Shown one piece after another: positions 1 through 13,235 of a stretch of 64,000 nucleotides of DNA. Under the pieces are notes generated by a model. It worked only from the letters and a program-made list of their open reading frames with translations, had not been told where the DNA came from and did no database searches. The position numbers and the translations under genes are program-made. The stretch comes from Amoebidium appalachense (lineage: Eukaryota > Protista > Ichthyosporea). Where the stretch lies: positions 2,967,527 to 3,031,526 of the forward strand of contig CAVNZM010000017.1 in the NCBI GenBank assembly GCA_963693365.1, given 5' to 3'. Positions within the stretch are counted from its first letter, which is position 1. Each line of letters starts with the position of its first letter.

Positions 1-439
1 GGAGGGGGATTACCATGCACCTATAGCTTAGCCTAAGCGGGTCACCCAGACACAGCTATCAGGCAGATATAAACTTTAACCAAACGAAAGAACATACATT
101 TAGATGCGTGATTGTGGAACATGTTTTACTACTTGTGAAGACGACGAACAGCAACGAGACAGCAACAAGAACGCTGCGGCATAGGAGGGGCCGGATTACG
201 GGGGGAAGCGGAGGCGGGGGGGGGGGGGGGGGGGGGTTTGAACGTGAGGACACGAGTTGACCAGTGTTCTCATCATCCCTAAGGATCCAGGATCAGAGAA
301 TTGGACAACAGATGCCGCACGTCTTCAGGGAGCAAGCGAACAATCAGCAAACTTTTTGCTGTGGCAGAAATCTCACTAGCGTATTTGTGGAAGGAGCGTG
401 TAAACGGGAGGAAGAGGAGAGGGGGGTGGGTTTGGAGGG

Positions 440-476
<37 letters not shown>

Positions 477-853
477 CGTCACAGAAAGTTTCTACAACCA
501 AAATCTCACTGGAAGCTTTCCATGATCATTTGTAGACAACAAGTGTAAGCCAGCGGGCAGCTTGATTTTCGCACTAGTCTAACAACTGGGTGTTCTTCCT
601 AAAGGGTTTAGTAAGATTGCAAGTAGGATAACTGAAGTAGGAAAAAAACAAAAGACATAACTCCGGGGGGGGAAACAGAAACAAAACCTCGAATTGTGGT
701 GGCGTTGACGCAAACAAACAAAAAAATATTTGAGTTGTAGAAGGTTGCAAAGAGAACACACGGGGGATGGGGGGCAGGCGGCCGGGCTTTTTTTTTTTTG
801 GGGGGGGGGGGGGGGGGAGTGACAGAAATGGAGAGGGTGTGAGGGAGGGAGTG

Positions 854-1317
<464 letters not shown>

Positions 1318-2088
1318 CCCCCCAGGCCTCTTGCAGGTGAATTTTTCGATTCTCCATCCCTTCCACGCCAACCCCCTTAGTTAAATGAAAAAATGTTGTG
1401 GCTTCCATGCAGATAAGATGGCACAATGTATGTTTTTGTTTGGAGCCGACTACTTTCATCAGATACCTAAGACAAATCATGGAAAAGTAGCCTTCCGATC
1501 GTTGAAGAATGGGTGTCTAAGATACTTAATATTGTGTTTGTCGTTACAGTGCTGTAGGGTGCGAGGAGGTCCTGGAAAGGGGTGGGAGAAGAAGAGGGGG
1601 ATGGGGGGGAGGGGAATGGGGGAGGGGGGGGGAGGAGGAAGGAAAGGGGGGGGGGGGGGGGGGGAGAGAGAGAGAGAGAGAGAGGGAAGGTAAGACTTAA
1701 AGCCTCAAACGGGGAGCTATGTCCCCCTTTACCCAATCTCCCCGGTTCCCCAAACCACAAGATAAACTGGAAAAATTAGATAAATTAGTAGAAAGAAAGA
1801 ACTACTGACAGAATCCTTAAAGGTTGTATTAGCCTGCTAGCAGCTGAGTTAACTTCGGCAATAAACATATGAATGCGAACCCGGCTGTGTGCACCAGCAA
1901 CTGCTACGATAGCCTTTGCAAAGCAAGTGCTCGCTCGCACTGCATGAGAGTCACCATGCATATATAGCTGGGCGGTTCACCCAACCACAACTACAGGTAG
2001 CTGCTAATTATGTTTGGATGTGATTGTGGGACAGTTTATGCAAACTGGATTCTATTCATCAATAAGACAAACTTTGCAACGAGCATGG

Positions 2089-2124
<36 letters not shown>

Positions 2125-2204
2125 GAGGCAACACAACGGATTGAGAGGGGATTTGGGGAAGGGGGAGGGGGAGGGGGGAGGGGGGGGGGAGAGGGGGGGG
2201 GGAG

Positions 2205-2305
<101 letters not shown>

Positions 2306-2334
2306 TTGTTCATATATATTTATATATACGGATG

Positions 2335-2395
<61 letters not shown>

Positions 2396-2404
2396 TATAT
2401 ATAT

Positions 2405-2446
<42 letters not shown>

Positions 2447-2717
2447 AATGTGAAGAGACGCGGAAGAGAGTGGAAATACCACCCAAACTCCTTGAACAGT
2501 GTGTTTGTTTGTGTGTTGCATTGGGTGGTGAGGAGGATGCTCATTTTGAAAGCTGCCCCACTTGAGCGATGGCATAACATTGTGCTAGGGCCGAGCAAGC
2601 GAATGGGCAGTAATTTTTGGTGATAACGGTGGTTAGTTCCATGGAGACTGTCTTCTCTCTCTTTAAAGTTCCTCGCTTTTTTTTTTTTTTTTTTTTTTTT
2701 TTTTGTGTGGGGGGGAG

Positions 2718-2754
<37 letters not shown>

Positions 2755-3187
2755 GGGGGGAAGGGGGGGGGGGGGGGGGGGGGGAGGGGGGGGGAAGGGG
2801 AGGGGTGGAACCCCAAAGCAAAATACACAGCCCTCTCTCTGTTCCTGCCCCCTTCCCATCCTCCTTGCCTCTCCCGGATCCCCCCCCCCCCCCCCCCCCC
2901 ACCCTCCCCCGGGCCCCTCTTCCCCCCCCCCCCCTCCCCCCCCCCCCCCCTCTTAAAAAAAAAAAAAAAAGATGAAGAAGAAGAAGAAGAAAGAAAGAAA
3001 GCAAGGAATAAGGAAGAAAGGAAGGAAGAAATGATGGAGAAACTAAGAAAAGAAAAAATGTACATGCGTGGCACACACACACACAAACACAAATACAAAA
3101 AACAAATGCACTAGGGCCTTGTCAATTTCCATGTTGCATATGCTTTTTGCCCTCTGAGGTTGCCTGCCGGCCCTCCATCGCCTGCTC

Positions 3188-3447
3188 ATACACCTTGAGC
3201 AGAATTATGTTCTTAAAGGCAAAATAATTCTGCAAAGAGCAGCGTAGTCTCAAAAAATCATTCTGCTGGCAACAGAATAAGCTTTACACGAAGCAGAGTC
3301 ATTCTGTTGAAGTTCTTGCAGAACAGCTCAGCAAAAACATTTGATATTCTTTGATATCCCGTAAAGCAGAACCATTTTGCAAAACGCAGAACTTGCTCCA
3401 AGCATAAATTTTGCTTTTGTGTTGAACAGACTTACTCTGCCCGTGTG
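3188..3447. mobile_element. Candidate MITE or non-autonomous DNA element with internal GCAGAA/TTCTGC sub-repeats
   Basis: ~260 bp with many GCAGA(A/G) and (A)TTCTG(C/T) motifs in both orientations. The ends are imperfectly inverted (left TACACCTTGAGCAGAATTA; reverse complement of right end CCACACGGGCAGAGTAAG). No target-site duplication identified. Confidence 0.3.
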
Positions 3448-4463
3448 GTGGGGGCCTGTTTGTTAACTGGCATCAGTAAACTCTGTAGAAACCTAACATC
3501 TTTCTATTTTGGAGTGTACATATCGCTCTTTTGCATCAACAAGAGGCGAGCAATGTGCCCAATGACGCAGAGCAGAAGATGGGAAAAATGACCTTCGGAC
3601 ACATAAGCATTCACTGAGCGGCTCGCCCAGATACATAGGCCATATAACCGTCCTTGTGTTGGCAGGTCAACATGAATGTGGGATTGTGGGACAGCTTCGT
3701 ATTCTATTCTGTTGGAATCGGCAAGAGCACCGAAAGGAATCCGTGTCCAAACGGCAGTCAGTTGTGGTAGTGGTGGTGGTGGCGGTGCTGGGCAAAAGTA
3801 GTGGGCGGGGAAGAGTGCGCATGCTTAGCTAAGTAAAAGAGCTAATGGAATACCGAGTCCGAGCTGAGGATTAAAGGTTTCGGGGTGTAACTTTTGTCGC
3901 AAAACAAAACGAGCAAACAAACAAAGCGGAACCTGAGACTCTCGGAGTCGCAAGGATGGAAAAAATGGGTAGGGGTTGGAGACAAGTTCAATATCTGATA
4001 TTGGTTGCCAGTTCTCATGCTAGTGGGTCTGGCCGGATTTGACCGGGCCTGTTCTGTTTTTGTTCGTGTGCATGTTGAGGTGTGTGTGTTTTTCCGAGGG
4101 AACTGTAGGAAGATTGCAGGGGGCAATGCGGGGGGAAGGGGGGGGGGGGGGGGGAGGGGAGGGAAGGGGGGAGGGGAAGAGGGGGGGGGGAGGCACCATG
4201 CTTCTCCCCTTTTCACCCAGCCCCCATCGGACAGTCCGCCACTACAAGTACATAAATATACACACAAGATCCACACACACAAACACACACTGTGACAAAG
4301 ACAGAGATACACACACTGCCAGCACACACAAAGACATCTCAAAGTGGCACATACAGACACATACACGCACGAGCCCATGTGCGTGCACGCGCGCCCGCAC
4401 ACATACACACACACACAACGCACGTGCGCACGCACGCACACGTACACACAAACACAACGCACG

Positions 4464-4566
<103 letters not shown>

Positions 4567-5234
4567 ATGAACACATACATACACATATGCTGCGGGGAAA
4601 GCGGGAAAGGTGGGAAAGGGGGGGGGGGGGGGGGGAGGGGAGGAAGGGGGAAGTCTTAGAGGAACGGAGTTGAAAAAGAATGGAAAGGGAAAGGGGGGGG
4701 ATGAGGGCGGCGGCGGTAGTGTGTCTGTGTGTGGGGGGGGGAAGGGGGGGGCGGGGGGAGGGGGACAGGGGGCAGAAAGTAGAAAACAAGAGACCACTCT
4801 AGGCTACGGCAATCATCCCCCCCCCCCCCCCTCCCCCCCCTCCCCCCCCCCCCCCCCCCCCCACACACACACACCCACCCCTTCGCCCCCCCTCCCCCTG
4901 TATTTTTTCCAACTCTCCATCCACACCAACCTCAATCCCACATCCTAATTTAAAGAAGAAAAAAAGAACTGTTGCGGTGTCCTTGCAGATAAGTTGGTGT
5001 TGGTCTTTTCGCAGCACCAATGGACTCTTCAAAGAACACAGAAATATCTCAACGTGAGAAGGGCCACGAAAGGAGAGGGGGAATAAAAAAGGTGTGCGCG
5101 GTCGTCGTAGTAGCTGTGGGATGCCGCTAGGAGGGAGGAGGGAAGTGGGGTGGGGGGTTGGGGGGAGGGGGGGAGGGGAGTGGAAGAGGGGAGGGGACGT
5201 TGAAACACTACATAGAGCATCGGACGGGAGGCCA

Positions 5235-5269
<35 letters not shown>

Positions 5270-5785
5270 GTCCTCTTCCCCTTAAAAAAAAAAAAAAAAA
5301 AATGAAAAGAAAAAGAAAAAAGAAAAAAGGAAGAGGCAGAAGAAGAAGGAGGAAAAAAAAACAATGAGCCCGTTGCAAAATATCGAAAGGAATTGACCCG
5401 TTATAATTTTGCCTGTGACCATGGGTGGGTACATTAATGAGAATTACAGCGAAAAAAATATTGAAAGTGACCTTGAGGCTGTGTGTGCACCAGCAACAAC
5501 GGCTCGGAAACGAGAAGCGCTGGACTTTATGAGTGCATGAACAATCCCGATGATGTACATATAGGTGGACGGGTCACCCAGCCATAACCAAGTAACGGTA
5601 ACATTCTTCTCAAATAATGTGAAGTTGCGAGTGTGGGACAAGTCACACAAGTTTGAATTCTACTCGTGGATTAGACAAGGCAGCGAAGAGAATGTTTTTT
5701 TTTTTTTTTTTTTTTTTTTTGGGGGGGGGGGGGGGGGTTGAGGGGAAGGGGGTTGAGGGAAGGGGGCATGAATGAGCGGAGACCT

Positions 5786-5831
<46 letters not shown>

Positions 5832-6150
5832 AGAAAGCCCGCTCATGATCACTCGTGGATCTCGGACCGGACGGATTTTTTATATTATTTTCGCATCATG
5901 GCTTTCCACTCAAAATTCCCAGAGTATATGTGTGTGTTGGTTTGTGCTGCATTGGGTGGTTTAGGGGATGTTTCCTGTGACAGCTGCATCACTGAGAGTG
6001 CATGACATTGTGCTCTGCTGGAAACAAGCAAAAGGCCAGTGTTTTTTTTTTCCCGCTGCAACAGAAAACCCACGAGAAATTTGTAATAGGAGACTGACAA
6101 ACTTACAAGGAAGAGCTAGAAACGGTGTAGGCCGGGGGAGGAGGAGAAAG

Positions 6151-6186
<36 letters not shown>

Positions 6187-6506
6187 CGTAGGAACTTTTT
6201 GCAGGAAATTTGCTCTGGAAGGCCGGACGCCTTCCATAGTACATATAAGATTGCGTAAATCGGGGGCTTGTTTTTTTTTTTCTCGCACGAGTCTAACGCG
6301 TGGATGTCCTCCGAACGCCGTCGGGAGCTTGTGAATGTTCAGTAAGATTGCAAATATGACAACTGGATAGGAAACGAAGACGTAAATCAGATTATTCACA
6401 AGCCTATAATTACCCCCACATCCACAGTACCGAAAGTTTTCTGAATACGTAAAGCCTTGTCAAGCCTCCAAGTGAAGAATTTGGGTGCCAAAGTCTCCCT
6501 CCGGAT

Positions 6507-6540
<34 letters not shown>

Positions 6541-6695
6541 GGGGGGGGGTGTGGTATTGGCGGTTGTCATATCCTCCCCCTCCCCCCCCCTCCCCGCCCC
6601 TTCCTTTTCCCCTTAGCCGTCCCCCCCCCTCCCCCCCCCCCCCCTTCCCCCCCCCCCCCTTCCTTTCCCCCTCCCCCCCCCCCCTCCCCCCCCCC

Positions 6696-6747
<52 letters not shown>

Positions 6748-7311
6748 TTTTTCCATGCTCCACAAGGAGACTTATCACACCAGAGATAGCAAGAAGGAGA
6801 GATTCGAAGGTGCCTGTGTATTTATGTGTGTGTGTGTGTTTACGTTGGCAAGTGTGTGTGACGGTGTGTTTGTGTGTGTGTGGGTGCACGTGTGTGTGTG
6901 TGTGCGCGCGTGCATGTGTGTATGCACAGTGTATGCGCGGGCGTGTGTTTACCGTGTGTGTACAGTGTGCGTGTGTATCAGATAGTATCAAACTGTCTGT
7001 GTACCTGTGCGCGCGTGTGCCAGTGCCCGTGGGCCGCTAAGAGGGGGGGGGGGGAGGGGGAAGAGTTTGGGGGGGAAAGGGGGGGGGGGGGGGGAGGGGA
7101 GGAGTGAGGCCTAGAGCTTAGGGAGGGATAATAGCACGTCATGTACACTAACACTAAGCCTCAAAATTACTAACTATGTATGTCAAACAAGGTCAGCTAC
7201 CCTTACTACTGTCACGGAGGTCTTTATGGTAATGTCACTCCGTGCCCCCAGTTCAGGTATATACACACGCCTCAGATGTTCATGTGCACGGATTCACACA
7301 AAAACACGCAA

Positions 7312-7555
7312 ACGTATGCACTCTGTTGCTCTTCCTCACACTCTGCCTGTCTTTCTCACATGCAACACCTTTTGCTTGCCCACAACAGCTCTCCGTTTCA
7401 CCTCCTTTTTGCAGCACAACTGCACTGCTATGACGTATGCACTCTGTTGCTCTTCCTCACGCTCTGTCTGTCTTTCTCACATGCAACGCCTTTTGCTTGC
7501 CCATAACAGCTCTCCGTTTCACCTCCTTTTTGCAGCACAACTGCACTGCTATGAC
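7312..7555. repeat. Two-copy tandem duplication, ~121-bp unit
   Basis: ACGTATGCACTCTGTTGCTCTTCCTCAC...CACTGCTATGAC starts at 7312 and again at 7433 with only a few differences. Confidence 0.9.
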
Positions 7556-7683
7556 TACTATACCTATGATGCACACCGATAGGCAAACTCCTTACCATGA
7601 ACCAATCTAACCGTCCCTGAGGCTCACGTGAAGAAGCGCTTGTACCAGTTGTTGTTCTTTTGCTGACTTTGGGCGCAATGCAG

Positions 7684-7978
7684 GTGCATCTGCTGCATGC
7701 CATCTCTGCTGCACGATATCTGCAAGACCCCCTGGTGGAACTGGCCGGTACGTATTCCATGTCATTTTGATTGTTGTTGTGTTTTCCAACACAGCTACAT
7801 GTAACGCCTGCAGGAAGAAAGAGGAGGAGGAGGAGGGGAGAGGGGGGGGGGAGGGGGGGGGGGAGGGGGGGGGGGGAGAGAGAGAGAGAGAGAGGAAGGA
7901 AGGGGGGAGGGGGGAGAGAGAGAGAGAGAGCAAGAGAGAGAGAGAGGGAGAAAGAGAGAGAGAGAGAGAGAGAGGGGG

Positions 7979-8032
<54 letters not shown>

Positions 8033-9132
8033 GGGGGGAGGGGGGGCAGGGGAGGAAGGGAGGGGGGTGGGGGGAGAGGGGGAGAGGGGGGGGGGGGGGG
8101 GGGGAGGGTTACTATTTGGACTGTTACCGACTGACGTGTTCTTTGGCTGCAGCCATGTGCAACTTCGAGGACGAGATCACCGCCATCAACCTGGTGTGCA
8201 ACCTCCACACTACGTCCTATTGGCAGTAAGGCTATTGCAGATTGTGGCTCAGCATATTACCAGCGATTTTTGGATATTGTTTTCTGTTCAGTTGGGGGGT
8301 GGTGTGGGTGGTGGGGAGCGTCAGTGAATCCCCGGAGCGGGGGGGGGGGGGGGGGGGGGGGGGTTGTTGACAGGGTTGAGCAGCTATGAGGCGAGCAGTG
8401 TAAACGACCCGGGGAAGGGGGGGGGGGGGGGGGGGAGGGGGAGGGGGGGGTGGGGGGAGTCCCAGACTCTAACCTGGTTTCCCTACAGCATCCACTGCAA
8501 CACACCATCAGCAAGGAGGAACGGAGAAATGTCCTCGACCGGCAGTTTGTGGATGTCGTCAACATGGTGTGTAGACCCCACGTGATCGTGTGTATGTGTT
8601 GTGCTCTTGGGCATGTGGGTTGCCCTGACTGGCTTTATACTCTAATAAATGGGGTTTCTTTTAGTATTCCGAGCCAGGTCAGATTCACAAGAGATTTAAG
8701 CACTGTGATTGGTGAGGTGCGCATCAATTGGCATTTTGGCGTGACTCGAAAGGACCCATAAATCGGTCCAAAAAAACAAAGAGTCTGTGGTGTGTTGTGT
8801 GGTCGGCATTTCGTCTTGTTGCCATGGGTCCTACTGTTTGTGCTTCGGATGGAATGCCACATACACTGACACGACCCATACATTCAAACGTTGATGTGCA
8901 CGTTGCAATGACCATTCATTCCCCTGTGCAGGTTGGTGTGCGGATCAATGAGATTGCGCCGTACAAGCACCGGCAGTGCCTGCTGCAGTTTGTGGCCGGG
9001 TTTGGTCCCCGCAAGGCATTGGAGATGTTTGAGAAGCTATCCGACGGGGTGGAGGACGATGAAAACGATGAGAAGAGTCCGTGCCCCTCTCTTACCTACC
9101 CTCTGTTTTCTTGTGTTGTCTCGTGCACCTAA
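7684..9132 (+). pseudogene. SPT6: Truncated, intron-containing fragment of transcription elongation factor Spt6 (end of YqgF domain plus HhH region)
   Basis: GT-AG exons 7684-7747, 8153-8193, 8489-8566 and 8932-(9132) splice in frame to VHLLHAISAARYLQDPLVELAAMCNFEDEITAINLHPLQHTISKEERRNVLDRQFVDVVNMVGVRINEIAPYKHRQCLLQFVAGFGPRKALEMFEKL. This matches the Spt6 signatures A(I/V)SxARYLQDPL, LHPLQ and LQ(F/Y)VxG(L/F)GPRKA. No further Spt6 exons are visible on either side. Confidence 0.75.
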
Positions 9133-9617
9133 AATCTCCCAAGACACATCATGGTTGCGTTGTATCCAAATGTCGGGAGGACTTCATATGGTAAATCTTC
9201 ATGATAGCGTTTTGATCCAACCATGATGCTATTTTTTATCCGCGGGGTATGCGCAACTCGCAGCGCAAGCTCTGTTGAATCACATTCCTTTTGTAAACAC
9301 AACCAATCACAACGCTGTACGTCAGATGCCATGATCATCACATCGCCGTCGTCATCCCAAATGTGACATTGAACCAATAAGAAATGCAAACCGGTAAACA
9401 GGGATCTATGCGCATGGTTGACTCTAGCGTAGCAAATATCGCACCTTTAAAAGGCTGGAAAAAAATCTAACTCACGCAATATACTATTAAACTAAAGAGA
9501 TATAGCTGCTAGCTGTGTATATCAAAATCCTTAGGTTAGGTAATGCATATTTCGACCGGCCGTCGCACACGCTGCGCATGTACTGGTCAATTTGTCAAAT
9601 CCTGCCAAGTTTGACAG

Positions 9618-9673
9618 CCAATCGCATATCTGCACCAATCACTGTGCGTCTCTCCAACGACGCGAGTATATAA
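9618..9673 (+). promoter_or_regulatory. Candidate Pol II promoter of the protease gene (two CCAAT boxes plus TATA box)
   Basis: CCAAT at 9618-9622 and 9635-9639 and TATATAA at 9667-9673, about 180 bp upstream of the ATG at 9851. Confidence 0.4.
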
Positions 9674-9850
9674 TCCCCTCGCTCATTCATCAAACTACAC
9701 AATCTCGCGCAAATACTTCGATTCAAACACACACACAAGAGCAGGAGCGAGTGAAACACGCTTCACATTGACTTGTGCACACCAGACCAATACGTTTTTT
9801 TTATTTTTACATTTATATCAAATTATAGTTTTTTTTTTTGGGTAATCACC

Positions 9851-11280
9851 ATGATGGTGCTGCCTCTCTCCGCCGTGCTTCTAGCCGCCTGTGCCGCCAG
9901 CGCGCAGGCTCGCCTCCACCACACCGAGCACAACTACGCCACACGTAGTCACGTGCAGCACCACCGCCCTTTACACAACGTGCACAGCAGAAACCACAAT
10001 ACACACCAAAACATACCACAACATAACACAGAAAGCACACCCAAGGACAATAATGCAGCAGGGAACGAAGATATTCTCAGGGCACGGGTTTTCAACAGCG
10101 AGAAAGTGGAAAAGGGCCTCCCTTGGATGGCTCACCTCACTACCCCAGACACTGACCCTAACGGGTATTTTTGTGGCGGGACCCTTATTGCCCCGGAGTG
10201 GATTCTTACCGCTGCACACTGCGACATCAAGCCTGGTTTCATGGTCTACATTGGTGGTTGGGAAACTTGCGAACAAAGACTCGGATGAGTTTGTTCGTAG
10301 AGGGGTTAAACGTGGCATCATGCACCCCAAATATAATCCCAAAACCACCGAAAACGACATTCAGCTCGTGCAACTGAATAAACCTGTCGAAGGTGTACCA
10401 TATGTACGCCTGCACTCTGGTTTCGCCCCGGGTCCCGAACAAAACCTACGGGCGGTGCATGCGGAGAAATACCGCACTTTCTATGAGGTCATTGGGTGGG
10501 GCATTCAAGAGGAGGACGAAAACGGCGCAGTGGATTACGAGGATGTGTTGCAGCGTTAAAGTTGCCAGACTACCCAACAGTCTATGTGTGGACCCGCGAG
10601 GTACGGAGGTTATTAACCCAGACAAGGCGTTTTGTGCCGGCGATCTTGAGCGTGATGCTTGCGGTGGTGATAGTGGTGGACCCCTCTTTAACGAAGGCAT
10701 CAAGAAGACAATCAAGTCAAGGCTGTCCACTGAAAATGTTACTCTACCAGAGAGCCGCGAACTCAGTGAACGAAACAGAACCCGTTTTCCAAAACTCAAC
10801 CGGATATTCCTCTCTTCATCCGCCGAATGTTGGCACTACAACAAATATCAATGATGCCCGGCTGAGTTCTGAAAACAACACTTCCACCTGCCATAACACA
10901 CAGAAACACCCGCCCCCACCGATTCAGATTCCGGATCCGTAGATTCCCACAACAACAACACCGACAACTCTACTACTAATAACGTCGGCGAATCAAACAC
11001 GGTAGTTGTAGAGGGACCCTGCCAGATTGGGATTGTTAGTTACGGTCCGTCGTGCGGGGTAACAAACCCGAGCGAAAGGCCCAAAATCCGTGCTGGGGTA
11101 TACACCCTCGTGCCCGCGTATCTAAAATGGGTTAAATCCACCGTGGAAAAATATGACCCCAAGGCCACCATTGCCACGTGTAAAGTTCAGAGTAAATACC
11201 GCGCACAACTGCTTTGCCGGAGAGGGGGGTCTTACAAGCGACCACAGTGTGAAAGGAGGGATCCACGGGTCAGAGAGTAG
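9851..11280 (+). pseudogene. Secreted trypsin-like (S1A) serine protease, apparently intronless, with several frameshifts (pseudogene or assembly errors)
   Basis: Signal peptide MMVLPLSAVLLAACAASAQA and a His/Asn-rich pro-region. Conserved motifs FCGGTLIAPEWILTAAHC, HPKYNPKTTENDIQLVQL, VIGWG, FCAGDLERDACGGDSGGPL, GIVSYGPSCG and GVYTLVPAYLKWV; stop TAG at 11278-11280. Frame changes are needed near 10258 and 10556, and twice (or via an intron) between ~10750 and ~10900. Confidence 0.8.
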
Positions 11281-11678
11281 AGGGGGAAAACGGTGGAGAG
11301 GGTGAGCCGACAAGGAGACCTGTGCATAAGAGGTTGCAGCATGGATCTAGGGCCCACCGTCCCACGTTGGGTTATTAAAAGTTTAAACATTGACGTTAGA
11401 ATAGGAGCATGTACGATGATGAATGATTTTCACTAGAATATAATGATTATAATGATAGTTTGAAGTGTGCATCATGATATGTTCTTAAGTAGCCTCTGGG
11501 AGGTGAAATTGTAAAAATGTCAAAAAGGTTGTTCATGATCTAGTAAAGATATATGATGATAACAGCATATATAAGCCTAGCCTAGATGTGTTACCCCCCC
11601 CCCCCCCCCCCCCCCCCTTCCCCTCCCCCCTCCACGCTCCTCTCTCTTCCCCCTCCCCCCCCCCCCCCCCCCCCCTCC

Positions 11679-11711
<33 letters not shown>

Positions 11712-12060
11712 CGCCCTTGCCTTCCCTTCAACGCACCACATGATGCCACCCCTGCCATCCTCCTGCATGACCCCTTCCCTTTCCTCCTCCCATATCCTCC
11801 CTCCCCCCCCCCCCCCTCCCTCCCCACATCCGCCTCCCCCCCCCCCCCCCCTCCCTCCCCTTCTCCTTCCCCCCCCCACCTCCCCCCCCCCCCCCCCACA
11901 CCCACTACACGCGCACACACACACACACACCACCCTCATCCCCACCTCCACCCGCACACCCACCACCTAACAACCCATCCGCATTTCCCCCTCCACTTCC
12001 GAATATGAATCCCCCCCCCTCCCCCCCCCCCCCCTGTCCCCTCCACCCATCACTTCAAAA

Positions 12061-12108
<48 letters not shown>

Positions 12109-12301
12109 CCCCCCCCTCCCCCATGCGCCCACCCACGTGCACACGTTTTGAAAAACTCTTTCTAGATTTCCATACACGCGCTTGATGCCAACCTCGGAGA
12201 TTTCACGCATGATTAGCCTACTAAAGGTGGCACAAACATGCTCCGCAATTGCAAGGCACCAGCACCCAAGGGTTGTCATATGCATTGATTGGCGTTTGAT
12301 T

Positions 12302-12355
<54 letters not shown>

Positions 12356-12785
12356 TGTATTACTTGAAGCCCATCCGGCACTTACCACAACCGGCCACAA
12401 CCAGGTCCCACAAACAGATACACCGAGCACGTACATGAGAGCCGGCCACACACTATGCTCGAATGTTTCGTTCTCTTTTGGTGAAGGGTGGGGGAAAAGA
12501 AATAGAGCCCCGGGGGGAGGGGAGGGAGGGGGGAGGGGGGGAGGGGAAGGGGGGGGGGGGGGGCTAGTAGTGTAGGTAGGGGTGGGGAAAAGTGTAGGGG
12601 ATCGGGAGAGGAAGGGAGGGAAAGGAGCAGCAGGAGCGGAGGCACAAAGGCAATGCCGCAGGAAATGATGCCCCATATTGGCATGTTTGAAACAAAAAAT
12701 TGCAAGTGGAAGAGGGACAGATGCCGGGTTGGAAGGGCTTGCCAAAGGGAACTAAGCAGATCATGACAGGTTATCGCAGATGGTA

Positions 12786-12975
12786 ATGCTGGTGTTAGAG
12801 GCTACTTCTTACTAAAGCTATTACTCTTCTTAGTAGGAGATGGTTCAATAGTACTCTAGTACTATTGTTGATGCAGATTTTATAAAAACTTCTCTTAAAT
12901 TATTCCTTTCTTTACTTTTAGGTGATAAGTCTTTCTTATCACCTAAAAGTACTCTAATTTTCCATGCTGGTGTTA
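12786..12975. other. AT-rich insert with two perfect inverted repeats, flanked by 12-bp direct repeats
   Basis: ATGCTGGTGTTA at 12786-12797 and 12964-12975. Inverted repeats at 12846-12867 (10-bp arms, 2-nt spacer) and 12913-12951 (17-bp arms, 5-nt loop). Confidence 0.55.
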
Positions 12976-13089
12976 TGTGTAGCAGACGCGTGTGTTTAAT
13001 TTTCCATGCTGGTGTTATGTGTAGCAGACGCGTGTGTTTGTGTGCATTTTTGTTGTTGTTGTCGGGTGGGGCGGGAGGGAGGGGGAGGT

Positions 13090-13235
13090 GATGCATGCGT
13101 TAGAGGGTTGGGAATATGCAGGAGACAACAAAGAGCAACAACAAAGCGTCACAAAAGTGGGAAACCCAAAATCAAGTAGTTAAGCGTGCAGGCAGAAGAC
13201 ACTTGAACAGAGCCCATCGGGGGGGGAGGGGTTAT
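13090..13235. repeat. Dispersed ~140-bp repeat, copy 1 (partner at 27478-27620 in opposite orientation)
   Basis: GGAGACAACAAAGAGCAACAACAAAGCGTCACAAAAGTGGGAAA...GTGCAGGCAGAAGACACTTGAACAGAGCCCATC closely matches the reverse complement of 27478-27620. Confidence 0.8.

Noticed and set aside
7684-9132. Bacterial Tex protein or horizontal transfer
   Set aside because: It has spliceosomal introns and eukaryotic Spt6-type wording (LHPLQ, FVDVVNMVGV, GPRKA).
9200-9600. Helitron 3' end explaining capture of the Spt6 fragment
   Set aside because: CTAG tetramers are present but no convincing GC-rich subterminal hairpin precedes them.
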